A stretch of 64,000 nt of DNA from Patescibacteria group bacterium. GTDB taxonomy: Bacteria; Patescibacteriota; WWE3; UBA101185; UBA10185. The stretch lies in the NCBI GenBank assembly GCA_018825365.1, contig JAHJEV010000003.1, positions 317,387 to 381,386 of the forward strand, written 5' to 3'. The first letter of the stretch is position 1. Every line of letters begins with the position of its first letter. This document shows positions 61,256-64,000 of this stretch, in pieces. Position numbers and translations under genes: made by a program. Under the pieces are notes generated by a model. It was not told the DNA's origin. It saw nothing but the letters and a program-made list of their open reading frames with translations, and did not search any database.

Positions 61256-61687
61256 ATGAACCACATCGCAATAATGAAAAGGTCTTGGGGGCTTATACCC
61301 AAAATAATATCTGGAGAAAAAACCTGCGAGGCAAGGTGGTGTAAAACAAAACACGCTCCATGGGGAGTTGCTCATAAAGGAGACCACATCTACTTCAAAA
61401 ATGGGGCCGAGCCAGTTACAGTAATGGCTATAGTATTAAATGTTTACCAATATGAAGTAAGGGACAACATTCATGCTTTGGAAATTATGGAAAAACACAT
61501 ACTTCCTGATCTTGGAACAAATAAAATTCCTGAAGATATTCTGAAATATATAACTAATAAAAATTACGCAATGTTTCTCTACTTTACTAACGTCAAAAAG
61601 ATACAACCATTTGAAATAGACAAAAGAGGACTTGGCTCAATGACTGCATGGATAAGTATAGACAACATCAACAAAATAAAACTTTAA
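61256..61687 (+). CDS. ASCH (PUA-like) domain protein
   Basis: 143 aa; IISGEKTCEARW resembles the ASCH-domain GxKxxExR core. Confidence 0.4.
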   Translation: MNHIAIMKRSWGLIPKIISGEKTCEARWCKTKHAPWGVAHKGDHIYFKNGAEPVTVMAIVLNVYQYEVRDNIHALEIMEKHILPDLGTNKIPEDILKYITNKNYAMFLYFTNVKKIQPFEIDKRGLGSMTAWISIDNINKIKL

Positions 61688-61890
61688 ACACAGTATTCCT
61701 CTAATTTCTATTGCAACAACAATATTTGTACTAATCCTATTGATTTGACACTCGAGTCTATCTGTGATAAAAATACTTCTGTCCATGCAAAGGTCCCCAA
61801 AAAATTTGGGGAATTTTTAGTTTTAAGGCCCCAAATACCTATAGAGTACAAATCTTTGGTGTTGTTTGGGACTCACAAACAGAAGGAAAA

Positions 61891-62361
61891 ATGGATAAAC
61901 AAACTTTAGTATTAACAAAAGAAGGTCTAGAAAACTTAAAAAATGAGCTTACAAATCTCATTGATGTTAAAAGACCCGAAATAGCAAAAAGAATACAAGA
62001 CGCCCGAGAAATGGGTGATATTTCTGAAAATTCTGAATACGATGCCGCAAAGCAGGAACAAGCTTTTATTGAGGGCAGAATCTCGGAAGTTGAAGAAATT
62101 CTCAAAAACGCAACAGTTACCGACGGGAACAAGTCTCATAAAGAGTCTGTTGATGTCGGAGCTAAGGTAACTGTTCACATAGACAACAGTGAAGACACCT
62201 TTTATATCGTAGGCGCACCAGAAGCCGATCCTATGGCCAACAAAATATCACACGAATCACCTCTTGGCTCTGCCTTAATGGGCAAAAAAGTCGGTGAAAA
62301 AATAGAGGTAGAAGCTCCCGTTGGAAAACTCACCTACACGATCATAAAGATTGAATATTAA
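61891..62361 (+). CDS. greA: Transcription elongation factor GreA
   Basis: 156 aa; N-terminal coiled-coil with acidic tip (GDISENSEYDAAK) and C-terminal FKBP-like domain. Confidence 0.9.
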   Translation: MDKQTLVLTKEGLENLKNELTNLIDVKRPEIAKRIQDAREMGDISENSEYDAAKQEQAFIEGRISEVEEILKNATVTDGNKSHKESVDVGAKVTVHIDNSEDTFYIVGAPEADPMANKISHESPLGSALMGKKVGEKIEVEAPVGKLTYTIIKIEY

Positions 62362-62387
62362 TGCCGTTTCGTGGTTGAATTACTTAA

Positions 62388-63890
62388 ATGGCAACTCTCA
62401 AAGAATACAGAAACATACGAATTGAGAAATTAAACAAGTTAAAAGGTCTTGGCGTAAATCCATACCCCGCTGAAACCCATAAAACTCACAATAATAATGA
62501 GATTGTTGATAAATTCCCAGATCTAAAAGGAAAAACCGTTTCAGTAGCCGGAAGAATTATTTCAATCAGAACCCACAGCAAACTTTGCTTTATTGATTTA
62601 AAAGACGCATCCGGAAGGCTTCAGCTTTATGTAAAAGAAGACACTATGGGAAAACCAAAATATGAAAATGGCGAAATTTCCTTTTCTGATTTGAATCTTT
62701 TAGACACAGGGGATTTTGTTGAATCAACAGGAAATGTTGTGAAAACAAAAACCGGGGAAATCTCAGTGGAAGCAAAATCTATAAGAATACTTTCAAAAGC
62801 ATTAAGACCCCTACCCGATTCTCACACGGGCTTTAAGGACAAGGAATCGCGACTCAGAAAAAGATATATAGACACAAATATTAACGAGGGGGTCTATCAA
62901 AGATTTATAAGAAGAGCAAAATTCTGGGAGGCGCATAGAGAATTTTTCAAGGAGCGCGGCTTTTTGGAAATGAATATTCCGGTTTTGGAAAACATTCCCG
63001 GAGGGGCCGATGCAAATCCTTTTATCACACACATGGATGCTTTAGATCAGGACTTTTATTTAAGAATTTCCCAAGAACTTTATCTTAAAAGACTAATCGG
63101 TGGCGGGTATGAAAAAGTTTTCGAAATAGGACCGAGGTTTAGAAATGAAGGCATTTCAGATGAACATTTACCAGAACACATGGCAATGGAATTTTATTGG
63201 GCATATGCCGGTTTTAAAGAAGGCATGCAGTTTGTTATTGATCTATTCAGATATGTCGCGGATAGGGTCTATGGAAAACAAACCTTCAATATAAGGGGAT
63301 TTGAAGTTGATCTTTCAAAAAACTGGGAAGTAATGGATTACTCCAAACTCATTAAAGACACATACAAAATTGATGTTTTCAATACTAGCCTGGATGAAAT
63401 TAAAAAGGCTTTAACTAAATCAGGTGCAGACTTTCCAAAGAAACTTACAGTTGAAAGAGGCATTGACCATTTATGGAAAGAGGCAAGAAAGAAAATATGC
63501 GGACCTGCTATGGTTATTAATATACCTAAATTTTTGTCCCCTCTTTCCAAGGAAAATCCTGAAAATGCAAAACTAACTTTAAGATTCCACCCGATAATTG
63601 CGGGGTCTGAGCTTGGAAATGGTTTTTCAGAACTAAATGATCCGATAGATCAATTTGAGAGATTTAAGCAGCAGCAAGAAAAAAGGGACGAGGGGGATGT
63701 CGAAGCACAATTTATGGATGTGGACTTTGTTGAGATGCTTGAGTATGGAATGCCCCCGACATGTGGATACGGACACTCGGAACGGGTCTTTTGGTTTTTA
63801 GAAGACGTAACGGCAAGAGAAGGTGTTCCCTTCACACAGCTAAGAAACGGGGTTGATGAGATAAACAAAGAGATTTACGACTTAAAGTGA
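62388..63890 (+). CDS. lysS: Lysyl-tRNA synthetase (class II)
   Basis: 500 aa; N-terminal OB domain, class IIb catalytic core (motif 2 FRNEG, motif 3 region GMPPTCGYGHSER...); N-terminus MATLKEYRNIRIEKLNKLKGLGVNPYP is LysRS-like. Confidence 0.85.
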   Translation: MATLKEYRNIRIEKLNKLKGLGVNPYPAETHKTHNNNEIVDKFPDLKGKTVSVAGRIISIRTHSKLCFIDLKDASGRLQLYVKEDTMGKPKYENGEISFSDLNLLDTGDFVESTGNVVKTKTGEISVEAKSIRILSKALRPLPDSHTGFKDKESRLRKRYIDTNINEGVYQRFIRRAKFWEAHREFFKERGFLEMNIPVLENIPGGADANPFITHMDALDQDFYLRISQELYLKRLIGGGYEKVFEIGPRFRNEGISDEHLPEHMAMEFYWAYAGFKEGMQFVIDLFRYVADRVYGKQTFNIRGFEVDLSKNWEVMDYSKLIKDTYKIDVFNTSLDEIKKALTKSGADFPKKLTVERGIDHLWKEARKKICGPAMVINIPKFLSPLSKENPENAKLTLRFHPIIAGSELGNGFSELNDPIDQFERFKQQQEKRDEGDVEAQFMDVDFVEMLEYGMPPTCGYGHSERVFWFLEDVTAREGVPFTQLRNGVDEINKEIYDLK

Positions 63891-63902
63891 TATCATTAAA
63901 AT

Positions 63903-64000
63903 ATGCCCGACGAAGCGACAGTAAATCCAATCTCAGATGACCAACAGGCAGTTAATCCTGTCGTTCCAAACCTTCAAACTACCCCGCAATCTGAACCTAT
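63903..64000 (+). CDS. 5' end of an unidentified ORF running off the window
   Basis: The ATG at 63903 opens MPDEATVNPISDDQQAVNPVVPNLQTTPQSEP...; too little sequence to classify. Confidence 0.25.
   Translation, partial: MPDEATVNPISDDQQAVNPVVPNLQTTPQSEP

Noticed and set aside
1-64000. CRISPR arrays or other regularly spaced direct-repeat arrays
   Set aside because: No series of near-identical 25-40-nt repeats with unique spacers was seen anywhere in the window; the only significant long repeat is the DGR TR/VR pair and the two IS-end-like copies.

Overview
This is an AT-rich, tightly packed bacterial chromosome segment. Gene content and protein style suggest a small-genome lineage, possibly Patescibacteria/CPR (inference): Lys-rich or acidic tails on core proteins, a short IF-2, and a type-4 UDG. 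Most of the window is housekeeping. Minus-strand genes: a fused rpoB-rpoC-rpsL-rpsG-fusA-tuf operon, lepB, secA, uppP, serS, ftsK, rnj, a nusA-infB-(degenerate DHH)-rpsO-pnp block, dnaJ-like, hup, a ymdB-rny-recX-recA cluster, gltX, a dacA-like gene, an Asp/Asn-tRNA ligase and recJ. Plus-strand genes: an infA-rpmJ-rpsM-rpsK-rpsD-rpoA-rplQ-rplM-rpsI block, radC, a SipW-type signal peptidase with its cognate TasA/camelysin-like substrate, prfB, greA and lysS. The standout is a complete diversity-generating retroelement (DGR) at 40.6-43.0 kb. It has a DGR-type reverse transcriptase (LGxxxSQ and YADD motifs) and an Avd-like four-helix-bundle gene encoded antisense. A 126-nt template repeat in intergenic DNA is 90% identical to a variable repeat at the extreme 3' end of a small target gene; 11 of the 12 mismatches fall on template adenines, and the template codons are AAC/AAT/AAG-rich. 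Other accessory features are an IS200/IS605-type Y1 transposase insertion with subterminal hairpins between dnaJ-like and hup, and a transposase-less end-like remnant about 8 kb away next to a G+C-rich orphan ORF. There is also a stand-alone Lon-like AAA+ module lacking both the Lon N-domain and the protease domain, translationally coupled to a zinc-ribbon membrane protein. No rRNA, tRNA or CRISPR arrays were recognised.
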